64,000 bases of DNA, taken from assembly GCA_963701665.1 (NCBI GenBank), contig OY969622.1, positions 569,159 through 633,158 of the forward strand, written 5' to 3'. The notes under the pieces were generated by a model. That model saw only the letters and a list, made by a program, of their open reading frames with translations, had not been told where the DNA came from and did no database searches. Position numbers and translations under genes: made by a program. The stretch's first letter is position 1. Each line of letters opens with the position of its first letter. Below, piece by piece: positions 25,859 through 35,673 of the stretch. The DNA is from Candidatus Babeliales bacterium. Lineage in GTDB: Bacteria; Babelota; Babeliae; Babelales; JANWKD01.

Positions 25859-26338
25859 TTATTTAACCTTAAGATGCTTTTTTCTAGCATTATCGCGTCT
25901 ACGATTATCAGCTTTGATTGCTCTATACCAATTTTTATCATTAGATGATTGTGCTTGTCGCTTCAAAAAGGTCTTTGAAGGACCTTTGTTCATTGCTAAT
26001 GTAGGTACTGATTGAGGTTTATTATTATCAAAATAATAATTATATCCCACTGCTGCAATAGTACCGGCAACAATTTGAGTTCCAATAAAAGCAGCATATC
26101 CTTCAGAAATTGGATCTGGATGGTGATGTTCTTGTGCGATACTACTTATTCGCGCATAGGCATAAGTCGATAAACCGGTAGCACCTGTAAAAAATGAAAA
26201 GATATAGAGTGCTTTTGACAAAGTTTCATGTGAGCAGTTACATGCGTTTACAGCATTTTCTTCTTCGTCCATGGAAAAACTGAACATAGGGCATAGCATG
26301 CATAAAACTACAAAAGACCAATTAAGAAGTTTTTTCAT
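25859..26338 (-). CDS. Hypothetical membrane protein with a basic C-terminal tail
   Basis: The start was chosen at MKKLLNWSFVVLCMLCPMFSFS. Two further hydrophobic segments are present, and the tail is RRRDNARKKHLKVK. Confidence 0.5.
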   Translation of the reverse strand: MKKLLNWSFVVLCMLCPMFSFSMDEEENAVNACNCSHETLSKALYIFSFFTGATGLSTYAYARISSIAQEHHHPDPISEGYAAFIGTQIVAGTIAAVGYNYYFDNNKPQSVPTLAMNKGPSKTFLKRQAQSSNDKNWYRAIKADNRRRDNARKKHLKVK

Positions 26339-26555
26339 GATGAACCCTTTCTGTAAAAGTTTTTCTATAAGAATAAAATATAATTTTTTTTTATTCTTGT
26401 AAATCACAATCTTTTTTTGATGTTTCTAATAATTTACCGTTTTCTTTACATTTTTTATGAGCTATTTTATCATTATCATCGATTACTAAAGGCTTTTTTA
26501 TTTAATTTTGTTTTCTATTAGGATATTCACTCATAGTATATAAAGGTTTACGCAT

Positions 26556-27524
26556 TTGAAGATAAACAAGACAACGCTATCATTATTGCTAGTAAGTACA
26601 GCGCTTTACGGAACCGAGCAGGCTATTACGTTTGCATCAATTGATGAATCGGTCATCCACAACTATGTACAAAAAATCACCTCAGAATTTAAAACCAATA
26701 ATGTACAAAAAAAAGTTATTTACGGGGCAGCGTTATTAGGACTTGGCTATGTTACCTATCAATGTTTCTATGGCGGCCAAACGCCAACACCAATTCCTGT
26801 TAAAACTGATGTCCCCGTGCCATTGATTGCTTCCGAAGAAATTGCTCAACCAAGGAAGCTTGAACTTTCTCCTGCTGCTATTGCTCAGTTAAATAAGGAG
26901 GCGTTAGACAGAGCAGTAAAAGATAACCTTTCATTTATACCGGCAATGTACCATTGGACAAAAGAAAATTTTTCCATACTTGCACAACAAACACTCGTTC
27001 TTGCAATATTCACTGGCCTTAATAATTCACTCGGGCCAATTGCAAAATACATTTCCGTTCTTGATGGTGCACTCGACAAAGTATTAACGCGTGTTTTCCA
27101 TGAATGGGATATTTCATGGTTTCTGAAACAGCACACGCAATTGCCTATTTTGTTCTCGACACTCGAATATCATGCTAAGGAACTTGCTCAAGATGCGACG
27201 CAAGAATTTCACCTGCTGCAGTTGCAACGCACATGGAATATCATGATACATCAATTTGAATATGCTTTTGCATTTATGCACTATTCAACGATAAGCAAAC
27301 CATGGTATTCGCTCGCAATATTACAAGTACAAGCATTGCAAGATACAATGAAAACTGAGTTGCATAAGGTTGCTCACAACCTTGAAGTTCAACTTGACGA
27401 GCTTGTTAATCAAAAAAATAACACCAATGCTGAATCAATAGTGAATACGATACAAGAGCTGCGCAAAATCCTCTTTCAAGATTTTGATGCATTTAAAGAT
27501 CTTGAAAAATTGAAACCGTATTAA
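26556..27524 (+). CDS. Hypothetical secreted/membrane protein
   Basis: 322-aa ORF with an apparent TTG start. The N-terminus is signal-like (TTLSLLLVSTALYG) and a TM follows (VIYGAALLGLGYVTYQCF). Confidence 0.5.
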   Translation: MKINKTTLSLLLVSTALYGTEQAITFASIDESVIHNYVQKITSEFKTNNVQKKVIYGAALLGLGYVTYQCFYGGQTPTPIPVKTDVPVPLIASEEIAQPRKLELSPAAIAQLNKEALDRAVKDNLSFIPAMYHWTKENFSILAQQTLVLAIFTGLNNSLGPIAKYISVLDGALDKVLTRVFHEWDISWFLKQHTQLPILFSTLEYHAKELAQDATQEFHLLQLQRTWNIMIHQFEYAFAFMHYSTISKPWYSLAILQVQALQDTMKTELHKVAHNLEVQLDELVNQKNNTNAESIVNTIQELRKILFQDFDAFKDLEKLKPY

Positions 27525-27538
27525 AAAGATTAAAAAAA

Positions 27539-27569
27539 AGGAGTACCAAATTTGGTACTCCTTTTTTTT
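27539..27569. terminator. Bidirectional rho-independent terminator
   Basis: The stem is GGAGTACCA / TGGTACTCC, flanked by an A-run upstream and a T-run downstream. It sits between convergent genes. Confidence 0.8.
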
Positions 27570-27578
27570 ATTAATTCA

Positions 27579-29132
27579 TTATGAGAAGGCAAATCCACCT
27601 TTGATCCACACAGCCCATTGACTGAGTGCGAAGTTCTTACGCCCACAAAATTCTACTTCGCCGCCAATACCGAGGAATGGACTATAATCACAATCATCCC
27701 ACGTATAGCTGATGTTAGCAAAAACTTTATGCGACATTGCTGTTGGGTTGACAGCCGAATCGATAGAAAGACTGTTATTACTGATGTATACATTATCCGC
27801 ATTTGAAGTTCCATCAAAAGCACCTGCATTTGCACCACTGATGGTTGTCATGCTTGCGGTTCTATTAACATCAGCACTTCCAGCCGTTCCAGAGTCACCA
27901 GCTACGCCGTATGTATTAGCAGGAATTTGTTGAGTGACGACAATTTTATCTTTCGTTCTCGCCCAAAATTCATAACCAATATCAATATAAAATCCACAGC
28001 GTGAGTAATCAAAGAGTGCAATGACGTTTGCTTGTACAGTATTGCTCACTTTGCATTGAAGCGCTAGGACGTTCGGGCCAAATAAAACTTCACCGGCGTA
28101 TACGTTATTTGCGTATTTTTTTATAAGCAAGCGGCTGCTACCAACATTTTGTGTGCCATCTGCATTGAGTAAATCAAAAATTCTGCGTTGTTTTGCTTTA
28201 AAAAAGTGATACACAGCACCTTGGAGCCATCCACTAAATGAAGAATCACAGCAATTGTTCCAGAATTCATAGTGTGCATTTACGCTACCGCCAATTGCCC
28301 AATGCCTACCATTACCAGCAATTGGTTCAAAAAGAAATTTTGATTCAGGTCTGTTGCCGGTCGGAAATACACCGCGGACATCAACACCGAGATGATACAT
28401 TTCACAACACAAGAAATTATAACCGGCGACTAGCTCAACATCTGCTACACTGACTTTCGATTTTCTGCCGCTGGCTGTATCATCGTCAACACGACCGAAC
28501 TGCAATGTCTCCGATAAATCAGGAAAATCAGCACTTAAAGTTTGACCGTTATAAGCGGTTATAATATCACCGATTGGGGAACTGAGAGCGGCTGTATTAC
28601 CAAGTTGGTCTGCAGCAATACTTTGCCCTGTTGAATTTACCGTTTGATCAAATGACATAGCCCAACGTGTCCAATTTATTGGCACATAGAGTTCTGCATA
28701 AATTCCTGTTACCCATTCATCAAAATTGACGCGCACTTGAAAATCTAAAACAAAATTTTCAACTTTTGGAAGCGCGGTTATCACGCCGTTGAACTGATCA
28801 TTGAGGAAGAAGTTACGTGCGAATACATCGATGCCCGGCGTATCTTCGGTACCAAAGGTCATAGTATTGGTGCCATTATAGAAGAAATAGGTGCCAATAC
28901 GATCACGATCAAATGAACGCATATAGGATGGTACGACACCAAAATAACCATTTAAACAATCGGTATCGCAGGGAACAAGAAATTGTGGCGTTACACCAAC
29001 TAATCTTTTAGCAAAATCGTTCCCTTGAGAATGTTGTGAAAGAAATGTGTGTCCGAAATCAAGAGCATCACCGTACGCAGACGTGCATACTAATAATGAT
29101 AGAATCGATATATTGAATATTTTTTTTCTCAT
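27579..29132 (-). CDS. Putative outer-membrane beta-barrel porin, Cys-containing (MOMP-like)
   Basis: The start was chosen at MRKKIFNISILSLLVCTSAYG. Amphipathic strands alternate along the whole protein, which is aromatic-rich, and the C-terminus is ...WIKGGFAFS. CC pairs occur at FLCCEMY and WNNCCDSS. Confidence 0.6.
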   Translation of the reverse strand: MRKKIFNISILSLLVCTSAYGDALDFGHTFLSQHSQGNDFAKRLVGVTPQFLVPCDTDCLNGYFGVVPSYMRSFDRDRIGTYFFYNGTNTMTFGTEDTPGIDVFARNFFLNDQFNGVITALPKVENFVLDFQVRVNFDEWVTGIYAELYVPINWTRWAMSFDQTVNSTGQSIAADQLGNTAALSSPIGDIITAYNGQTLSADFPDLSETLQFGRVDDDTASGRKSKVSVADVELVAGYNFLCCEMYHLGVDVRGVFPTGNRPESKFLFEPIAGNGRHWAIGGSVNAHYEFWNNCCDSSFSGWLQGAVYHFFKAKQRRIFDLLNADGTQNVGSSRLLIKKYANNVYAGEVLFGPNVLALQCKVSNTVQANVIALFDYSRCGFYIDIGYEFWARTKDKIVVTQQIPANTYGVAGDSGTAGSADVNRTASMTTISGANAGAFDGTSNADNVYISNNSLSIDSAVNPTAMSHKVFANISYTWDDCDYSPFLGIGGEVEFCGRKNFALSQWAVWIKGGFAFS

Positions 29133-29295
29133 AAATGGCTCCTTTTTGCTGGATAATTTTTTGTTCTCTAGATCAAAAAACGCTAGTATATTTCGCATTA
29201 TTCGTCAACTAGTTTTTGCCGACAGATCGACGCGTAAGATAAAATCATCTATACTTCGTGCATAGCTGATCGATCTTTTGTGCATAAGGATATTC

Positions 29296-30087
29296 ATGCT
29301 TGATGTAGCTCTTTTTATCGAAACATTATCTTTATTATTAGAACCTTTTCCTATCAGCAGTTCAGGTCACGCACACTTGGTACGTACGCTGGTTGTTTGT
29401 TTTACCAATCTTGATGTGCAAACGTCGCCTTCTTACTACGCATATCTTATGCATGGACCCACAGCACTTGTGCTGTTGCTCTTTTTTTGGTCTCCATGGC
29501 TTAATGTAATCAAAAATAAAAACGTGCATTTCATTATGCATCTTATGGAAGCAGGAATTGTTGCTGAAAGTATGACGGCACTGCTGTATGGTATTTTTTC
29601 CTATACATCAACATCGTTTTTTCCCCTATGGTTAGGATTTTTCATATCAGCATGTGCATTGTGGTCATTGAAAAAATGTCCAACGCGTGCGATTAATAAT
29701 CCTTTTTCATATTCTACTGCGGCAGTATTGGGATTAGTGCAAGGCATTGCATTATTGCCTGGCATATCACGTTTTGGCGCAACATTTGTAGCTGCACGAT
29801 GGTTGAAATTTTCTTCGCGTGATGCCTTTATATATTCCTTTTTGATCGAATTCCCGATTAGTGTTGCCGGTTTTTTAAAAGGTGTTTACAAAATGCAGGG
29901 AGCGCACGTGAATATGATGGAAATATTGAATCCACCTCTATGCTTCAGTATTCTTATAGCAATGGGGGGCGCATATGCAGGATTTTATGCGGTGCAAAAA
30001 ATAGTCAATCAACAATCTTTGTGGGTTTTTAGCATCTATTTGTGCGTGCTTTCATGGTTGAGCATAGTGATAACTGCAGTTTGTTAA
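29296..30087 (+). CDS. uppP: Undecaprenyl-diphosphatase
   Basis: The motifs EPFPISSSGH and LLPGISRFGATF (compare the family's PGiSRSG) are present, with 7-8 TM segments. The ATG at 29296 follows AAGGA. Confidence 0.8.
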   Translation: MLDVALFIETLSLLLEPFPISSSGHAHLVRTLVVCFTNLDVQTSPSYYAYLMHGPTALVLLLFFWSPWLNVIKNKNVHFIMHLMEAGIVAESMTALLYGIFSYTSTSFFPLWLGFFISACALWSLKKCPTRAINNPFSYSTAAVLGLVQGIALLPGISRFGATFVAARWLKFSSRDAFIYSFLIEFPISVAGFLKGVYKMQGAHVNMMEILNPPLCFSILIAMGGAYAGFYAVQKIVNQQSLWVFSIYLCVLSWLSIVITAVC

Positions 30088-30098
30088 AGGAGTGGTAT

Positions 30099-32351
30099 AT
30101 GTTTAAAATTCTGAAATTGAGCGTTTTTGCACAAGCATTGCCGCCACTTACCATGCGTTTGTTATATGCTGGTTTTATAGCATTTTTTTCTTGCTGGTTA
30201 GCAGGGGCATTATGGTCTTTTGATAAAAATGATGCATCATTTCTTTTTTTAACATCACATGCAGTAAGCTGTACAAACTACTGCGGCATATGGGGAGCTC
30301 ATGTTGCGGCATTGCTCTTTTTTTTATGCGGAACTGCTGCGTTTATTATCGTTCCATTTCTTTTTTTTACGGCTCATTCGATTTTTAAAAAACGAAGTTT
30401 ACGCTATACCTGGGATGCTTGGTTAGCTTATAACACTGCATTTCTTGCAATGGCCGGATTATGTAACGGATGTTTAGGCGATCTCTACAATGCTGCAGTG
30501 CCTGGCGGTGTTATGGGATACATTATTTTTACAACGTTAACCTTATGTGCTGATACTTTTTTAATCACCTTGTTTCTGTCACTCGTTTTGTGCGCAAGCA
30601 TAGTGCTTGTGACGAGGATCTCTTTTGTTGTTGTTGGTATGTATGCAGTGTCGTGCATGCGCATGCTGTATCAAACTTTTGCTTGGATACATCCATGGCT
30701 ATGGTATGGAGCCGCGTGTGTTAAGAAATTGATAAAGGCGATATATAAACTGTTGAATGGTACAGAAGTGCAAGAGAGTTCGTCATCTATCGTTGATTTT
30801 GAATTGGGCAATGATGGCGACGATGATGCGGCAAAAGCACTTGAAGAATTTTGGGCACAACGATTTGCACGTACCATTGAACAACCAAAACCTTCATGGG
30901 TGATGCATGATGAACAGGAGCCATATGTTTCCTTTGAAAATACCGTGATCCCAAAAAAAGAAATTATATATACCGTGCCATCGGTAGGATTATTTTCAGC
31001 AACTGATACGCAGAACCATCTTCAAGATAACCTGAAAAATAATCAATTACTTGCAAGGGTGCTCGAAGAAAAATTAGCGCGCTTTGGTATTCAAGGTACG
31101 GTGGTTTCTATCAAAGTTGGTCCGGTTATTACCCTTTTTGAATACCAACCACATATCGATACAAAAATTAGTAAGATTATTGCACTCGAAGATGATTTAG
31201 CGCTCGCTTTGCAAGCAGTAAGCATACGCATTATTGCACCAATCCCCGGTAAATCCGTCGTTGGTTTTGAAGTTGCAAATAAATATCGGCGCAATGTGTT
31301 GCTTGGCAAAGTGCTGCAGTCAGATGAATTTAAAAATTCTTCGCATTACATACCGCTGGTGCTTGGTGAAGATAGTATTGGCTCAACGGTGATCGTTGAT
31401 TTAGCAACAATGCCACATTTATTAGTTGCCGGTTCAACCGGTTCGGGTAAATCAGTTGCGCTTAATGCAATGTTAATCAGTTTGTTGTGCAAATTTTCTC
31501 CGGAAAAATTAAAATTAATTCTCGTCGATCCAAAAAGACTTGAATTTGCGGCGTATGCTGATATTCCTCATTTATTGGTGCCTATCGTGACCGATCCGCG
31601 CAAAGCGTCGCCAGTATTGCGATGGGTTGTAACGCTGATGGAAGAGCGATATGCACACATGGAGCAATGGAAAGTGCGTAACATTTTTGATTATCATCTA
31701 TTGAGTCAGCACAATCCTGAATTAGAACCAATGCCATTTTTAGTTATTGTTATTGATGAATTATCTGATTTAATGATGACTGCTGCAAAAGATACAGAAG
31801 ATTTAATCGCGCGCATAACACAGATGGCGCGTGCAGCAGGTATTCATATGATTGTGGCGACGCAACGACCTTCAGTGGATGTCATAACAGGGCTTATAAA
31901 AGTTAATTTCCCAAGCAGAATTTCTTTTAGAGTGACGTCTAAAATTGATTCACGCACTATTTTAGATTGTGGCGGCGCAGATAAGTTGCTCGGTAAGGGC
32001 GATATGTTATTCCTTGATTCAGCATCACGCATTTCGCGCGCGCATGGCGCTTTTGTTTCGGACATTGAACGCGCGCATTGCATCGATTTTATTAAATCAC
32101 AAGGCACACCAGACTACGTTGATATTGCCGATAAAATTTCATCAGGCACCACTGATATTTTTCAAGAAGACGAGCAATTGTATAAAGACATTATAGAATT
32201 CATCGGATCTGTTGATGAGATATCAATTTCGTTGCTACAACGCAAATTTAGAATTGGATATAACCGTTCTGCACGCCTTATTGAGCGTCTACAAGCAGAA
32301 GGAATTATATTACAAGAACCAGGCGGCAAAACGCGCAAAGTTTTGAAGTAA
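30099..32351 (+). CDS. ftsK: DNA translocase FtsK
   Basis: An N-terminal polytopic membrane domain is followed by the motor (Walker A GSTGSGKSV, Walker B VIVIDELSDLM, ATQRPSVDVI). The C-terminal gamma winged helix is SISLLQRKFRIGYNRSARLIERLQAEGI. The ATG at 30099 follows AAGGAG. Confidence 0.95.
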   Translation: MFKILKLSVFAQALPPLTMRLLYAGFIAFFSCWLAGALWSFDKNDASFLFLTSHAVSCTNYCGIWGAHVAALLFFLCGTAAFIIVPFLFFTAHSIFKKRSLRYTWDAWLAYNTAFLAMAGLCNGCLGDLYNAAVPGGVMGYIIFTTLTLCADTFLITLFLSLVLCASIVLVTRISFVVVGMYAVSCMRMLYQTFAWIHPWLWYGAACVKKLIKAIYKLLNGTEVQESSSSIVDFELGNDGDDDAAKALEEFWAQRFARTIEQPKPSWVMHDEQEPYVSFENTVIPKKEIIYTVPSVGLFSATDTQNHLQDNLKNNQLLARVLEEKLARFGIQGTVVSIKVGPVITLFEYQPHIDTKISKIIALEDDLALALQAVSIRIIAPIPGKSVVGFEVANKYRRNVLLGKVLQSDEFKNSSHYIPLVLGEDSIGSTVIVDLATMPHLLVAGSTGSGKSVALNAMLISLLCKFSPEKLKLILVDPKRLEFAAYADIPHLLVPIVTDPRKASPVLRWVVTLMEERYAHMEQWKVRNIFDYHLLSQHNPELEPMPFLVIVIDELSDLMMTAAKDTEDLIARITQMARAAGIHMIVATQRPSVDVITGLIKVNFPSRISFRVTSKIDSRTILDCGGADKLLGKGDMLFLDSASRISRAHGAFVSDIERAHCIDFIKSQGTPDYVDIADKISSGTTDIFQEDEQLYKDIIEFIGSVDEISISLLQRKFRIGYNRSARLIERLQAEGIILQEPGGKTRKVLK

Positions 32352-32396
32352 CATGAATTCAATAAATAACATATTTTTGTCTAGGAAATTGAACAC

Positions 32397-32527
32397 TGAA
32401 AACAAATCGTCATTGCGAGCGAAGCGTGGCAATCCAATTATAAAATTATTTCATTAAAGGAATTAATTAAAGTTTGGATTCCCACGGCACAAGGTGCCTC
32501 GGAATGACAATTTTGTGTTTATTAAAT
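32397..32527. repeat. Structured palindromic intergenic repeat, copy 2
   Basis: This is the same element as 25724-25852 and starts 46 nt after the ftsK stop. The arms GTCATTGCGAG...GTGGCAATCCAA and TTGGATTCCCAC...CTCGGAATGAC are present, with an internal mini-hairpin GGCAC-AAG-GTGCC. Confidence 0.85.
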
Positions 32528-32670
32528 AACGTTCATGCGACATATAATTCTATTCTTTTATAATTATTTTTTTATATTACTTGACAACTGATCAAAAAAT
32601 AGCCATTTTGTCCTCAAGTAAAAGTTCTTTGCACACATGTTTAAAAAAATAAAAAAGCGGAGATTTATCG

Positions 32671-34143
32671 ATGCGTTTGAGCGAGCATTTTCTAAAAAAT
32701 GCATTACCGGAAATTTCATTTGTATCTGAAATTTTTCCAGATTTTGCAAATTTTTCAACAGATACACGAACATTGCAGCAGGGTGATGTTTTCATAGCGC
32801 TAGAAGGTCCTCATTTTGACGGACACACTTTTCTTGAGGAAGCACTAGCAAAGGGTGCCATTGGTTTTTTCATTGCAGAAGCAAAAAAAGATTATTTAAA
32901 GAAACTTAATCAAACTATTCTTAAAAAATTATGCATTGCGCTCGTTCCAAATACAAGAACCGCGCTTATCAAATTAGCCACCGCATGGCGCGCGCAATTT
33001 ACGTATCCCGTTGTTGGTATAACTGGTTCAGTGGGAAAAACATCAACACGCGAGCGTCTAACAACAATCTTAGATCATAATAAAACAAACTATGTTGCAA
33101 CGGTCGGCAATCAAAATAATATTATCGGCGTTGCACTCAGCGTCCTCAGGATGCGTCCTGAACATGAGCTTGCAGTGTTTGAGCTCGGTATTAATAAACG
33201 TGGGGAAATGGCGCAACTCGTGTCGATTGTAAAACCGACAACAGCGCTCATTACCTGCATCGGCCATGCTCATATGGAAGGGCTTGGTTCTATCGTTGAT
33301 ATTGCGGCAGAAAAAAGAGACATTTTCTCGCTATTCAAAGAAGATAATATTGGCATTATTAATGGTGATCAATTATTACTTTCCACCATTGCTTATCGGC
33401 ATCCTGTCATAAAATTTGGTTCAAAAACAACGAACCAGGTGCAAGCACGCAAGATACGTATTACAAGTGATCATACATCATTCATTTTAAAATTGTATCA
33501 TGAAAAATATAAGGTTGATTTACAATCAAGTCATTCAGGTGCTGTTTTCAATGCGCTCGCTGCTATAACTATTGCACACCATTTAAGAATACCAACGCCA
33601 ATTATTTTGGAAGCAATACAAAAGAAATTCGTTGTTGAGCGTCGTTTTGAACAATTGCCATTGAAAGCTGGCAGAGGTGTTGTGATCGACGATTGTTATA
33701 ATGCAAGTCCAGAAAGTATGAAGGCAGCATTATTAGCATTACAAAAATTAGAAACAAAAGCGCAAAAAGTTGCCGTTCTAGGTGATATGCTTGAGCTTGG
33801 TGTTAACAGTCCATTTTGGCATCGTCAACTTGGAAGATTTTTGCGTAAAGTTCCTACACTTAAAAAAGTATATTTAGTTGGCAATTTAGTTGAGTGGACA
33901 AAAAAGACGGTGCCCGTTGGCCTCGCTGTTGAACATGCTGCAACGTGGCAAGATGCGCTGAATATGGTAAAATCTGATTTGAAGGATGAGTCAGTTGTGT
34001 TAGTAAAAGGATCAAATGGTGTTGGCCTAGGTAATTTAGTGCAAGCAATGACACAGGAAAAAGTAAACTTGAAAGATGATACTGCGTTAGTAAATGGTTT
34101 TGGTCTTGGCAATGTAATGCACGCAACACAGGAATCCGCATAA
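32671..34143 (+). CDS. murF: UDP-N-acetylmuramoyl-tripeptide--D-alanyl-D-alanine ligase
   Basis: The Mur ligase P-loop VVGITGSVGKTSTRE is present, and the N-terminal FSTDTRTLQQGDVFIAL...DGH motif is typical of MurF. The product is 490 aa. Confidence 0.9.
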   Translation: MRLSEHFLKNALPEISFVSEIFPDFANFSTDTRTLQQGDVFIALEGPHFDGHTFLEEALAKGAIGFFIAEAKKDYLKKLNQTILKKLCIALVPNTRTALIKLATAWRAQFTYPVVGITGSVGKTSTRERLTTILDHNKTNYVATVGNQNNIIGVALSVLRMRPEHELAVFELGINKRGEMAQLVSIVKPTTALITCIGHAHMEGLGSIVDIAAEKRDIFSLFKEDNIGIINGDQLLLSTIAYRHPVIKFGSKTTNQVQARKIRITSDHTSFILKLYHEKYKVDLQSSHSGAVFNALAAITIAHHLRIPTPIILEAIQKKFVVERRFEQLPLKAGRGVVIDDCYNASPESMKAALLALQKLETKAQKVAVLGDMLELGVNSPFWHRQLGRFLRKVPTLKKVYLVGNLVEWTKKTVPVGLAVEHAATWQDALNMVKSDLKDESVVLVKGSNGVGLGNLVQAMTQEKVNLKDDTALVNGFGLGNVMHATQESA

Positions 34144-34146
34144 TTC

Positions 34147-35040
34147 ATGATCTATCATAAATCAGTTTTAGTGCATGAAGTCCTTGAATATTTAGGGCCT
34201 AAACCTCAAGGGGTTTATGTTGATGCTACTTTTGGAGGTGGCGGCCATACGCGCGCTATTTTAAAAGCAGAGCCAACGTGTAGTGTGATTGCATTTGATT
34301 GGGATGCCGTTGCACTTGAAAAGAATGGCTATCCATTACAAGAAGAATTTCCAGGGCGGTTAACGCTGCTCTGGTCAAATTTTGCTCAGATTGACAAAAA
34401 GTTAAAGAAAGAAGGTATTGAACATGTTGATGGGATACTTGCTGACTTTGGAACATCCCAATACCAATTAACGGAACGAGCAGGATTTTCTTTTTATCAA
34501 GATTCGCCGCTCGATATGCGCATGTCGCCATCGCATCAAAAGGTAACGGCGCAAGAGTTAATAAACAAAGGTTCAGAAGAAAAGCTGTATGAGATTTTTG
34601 CTTATTTAGGTGAAGAACGCCGTGCACGTTTTTTTGCACGATTGATTATAGAAGAGCGTACCAAGAAACCAATTCAAACTACACGTCAATTAGCAGTGCT
34701 TATTGAACGCGCGGCAGGCTCTTCCGCTCGCCAAAAAAAGATTCATCCTGCTACTAAAATTTTTCAAGGTCTGCGCATTTATGTTAATAAAGAACTTGAA
34801 AATATTCGCTCATTTTTAGTGGCAAGCGCTCGGCTTTTAAATCCTGAGGGTCGCTTGGTTTGTATTAGTTTTCATTCGTTAGAAGATCGTCTTGTAAAAG
34901 AGTTTTTTAAGAATGAATCGAGTCTGACGATACTTACCCCAAAAGTGGTCATTGCAAGCCCACAAGAACTTCAGCTGAATCCCTCGGCCCGATCGGCAAA
35001 ATTGCGCGCAGCGCAAATGAAAAACGACGGTACTAAATAA
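34147..35040 (+). CDS. rsmH: 16S rRNA (cytosine1402-N4)-methyltransferase RsmH (MraW)
   Basis: The motifs HKSVLVHEVLEYL...GVYVDATFGGGGHTRAIL, DFGTSQYQL and SFHSLEDR are present. Confidence 0.95.
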   Translation: MIYHKSVLVHEVLEYLGPKPQGVYVDATFGGGGHTRAILKAEPTCSVIAFDWDAVALEKNGYPLQEEFPGRLTLLWSNFAQIDKKLKKEGIEHVDGILADFGTSQYQLTERAGFSFYQDSPLDMRMSPSHQKVTAQELINKGSEEKLYEIFAYLGEERRARFFARLIIEERTKKPIQTTRQLAVLIERAAGSSARQKKIHPATKIFQGLRIYVNKELENIRSFLVASARLLNPEGRLVCISFHSLEDRLVKEFFKNESSLTILTPKVVIASPQELQLNPSARSAKLRAAQMKNDGTK

Positions 35041-35041
35041 G

Positions 35042-35069
35042 TTGACAAAAGCCAATGGGATGATACATT
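35042..35069 (+). promoter_or_regulatory. Candidate sigma70-type promoter upstream of spoVG
   Basis: TTGACA (35042-35047), a 16-nt spacer, then TACATT (35064-35069). It lies about 65 nt upstream of the spoVG ATG. Confidence 0.35.
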
Positions 35070-35134
35070 AGCTTTAGTTGCCATTGCAAGCAACAAAAAG
35101 TGAGATAGTAACGAACCTTTGTAAGGGCATGCAG

Positions 35135-35419
35135 ATGAAAATAACCGAGGTAAAAGTTTATCCAGCTAAAGAGAATGGGAGACTTAAGGCATATGCAACA
35201 GTGGTCTTTGATGACTGTTTTATCGTAAGAGATTTGAAAGTTATCGAAGGAGAAAAAGGATTGTTCATTTCAATGCCTTCGCGTCGAAGAAAAGATGGCT
35301 CATTTCGGGATATAGTTCATCCTCTCAATGCCGACACTCGCAAGATGATTGAAGATGCAATTATCAAAGAGTTTAACAAAGCGGTCGAGTCTGGTTTCAG
35401 TACTGAAGCTGAAGAGTAA
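35135..35419 (+). CDS. spoVG: Regulatory protein SpoVG
   Basis: MKITEVKVYPAKENGRLKAYATVVFDDCFIVRDLKVIEGEKGLFISMPSRR is the canonical SpoVG N-terminus. The ATG at 35135 was chosen, and 35129 is also possible. Confidence 0.9.
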   Translation: MKITEVKVYPAKENGRLKAYATVVFDDCFIVRDLKVIEGEKGLFISMPSRRRKDGSFRDIVHPLNADTRKMIEDAIIKEFNKAVESGFSTEAEE

Positions 35420-35461
35420 AAAACAATACTCATCATTTCTTATAGTTGTGATTTTCTTACT

Positions 35462-35536
35462 TGGGGCGTCGCCAAGTGGTAAGGCACCGGGTTTTGGTCC
35501 CGGCATTCGGAGGTTCGAATCCTTCCGCCCCAGCCA
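35462..35536 (+). tRNA. tRNA-Gln (anticodon UUG), CCA encoded
   Basis: I folded the cloverleaf by hand. The acceptor stem is TGGGGCG/CGCCCCA and the anticodon stem is CCGGG/CCCGG with loop TT-TTG-GT. The T arm is GGAGG-TTCGAAT-CCTTC, followed by discriminator G and CCA. Confidence 0.9.
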
Positions 35537-35673
35537 TATTATTAACATGCTTTTGCATGTATCTTTTTTTTAAATATTTTTTAGTAAGGGGGATTTGAAA
35601 AAAAGCTATTCTATACTTTTTATATATATCGCAATCTTTGATTTTTAGCTCAAAATTAAACTGGGACAACTAT

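Noticed and set aside
25830-26015. 61-aa plus-strand ORF starting inside the palindromic repeat.
   Set aside because: It begins within the repeat's right arm and runs antisense to the 25859-26338 gene. It has no RBS.
33825-34148. Two overlapping minus-strand ORFs (107 and 93 aa) at the 3' end of murF, and a 127-aa ORF at 34256-34639 antisense to rsmH.
   Set aside because: They are embedded in confidently identified housekeeping genes and their composition is low-complexity. I treat them as spurious.
35300-35669. Three small ORFs (82, 74 and 70 aa) covering the spoVG 3' end and the tRNA-Gln region.
   Set aside because: They overlap a well-folding tRNA-Gln gene and the spoVG C-terminus, so they are artefacts of ORF calling.
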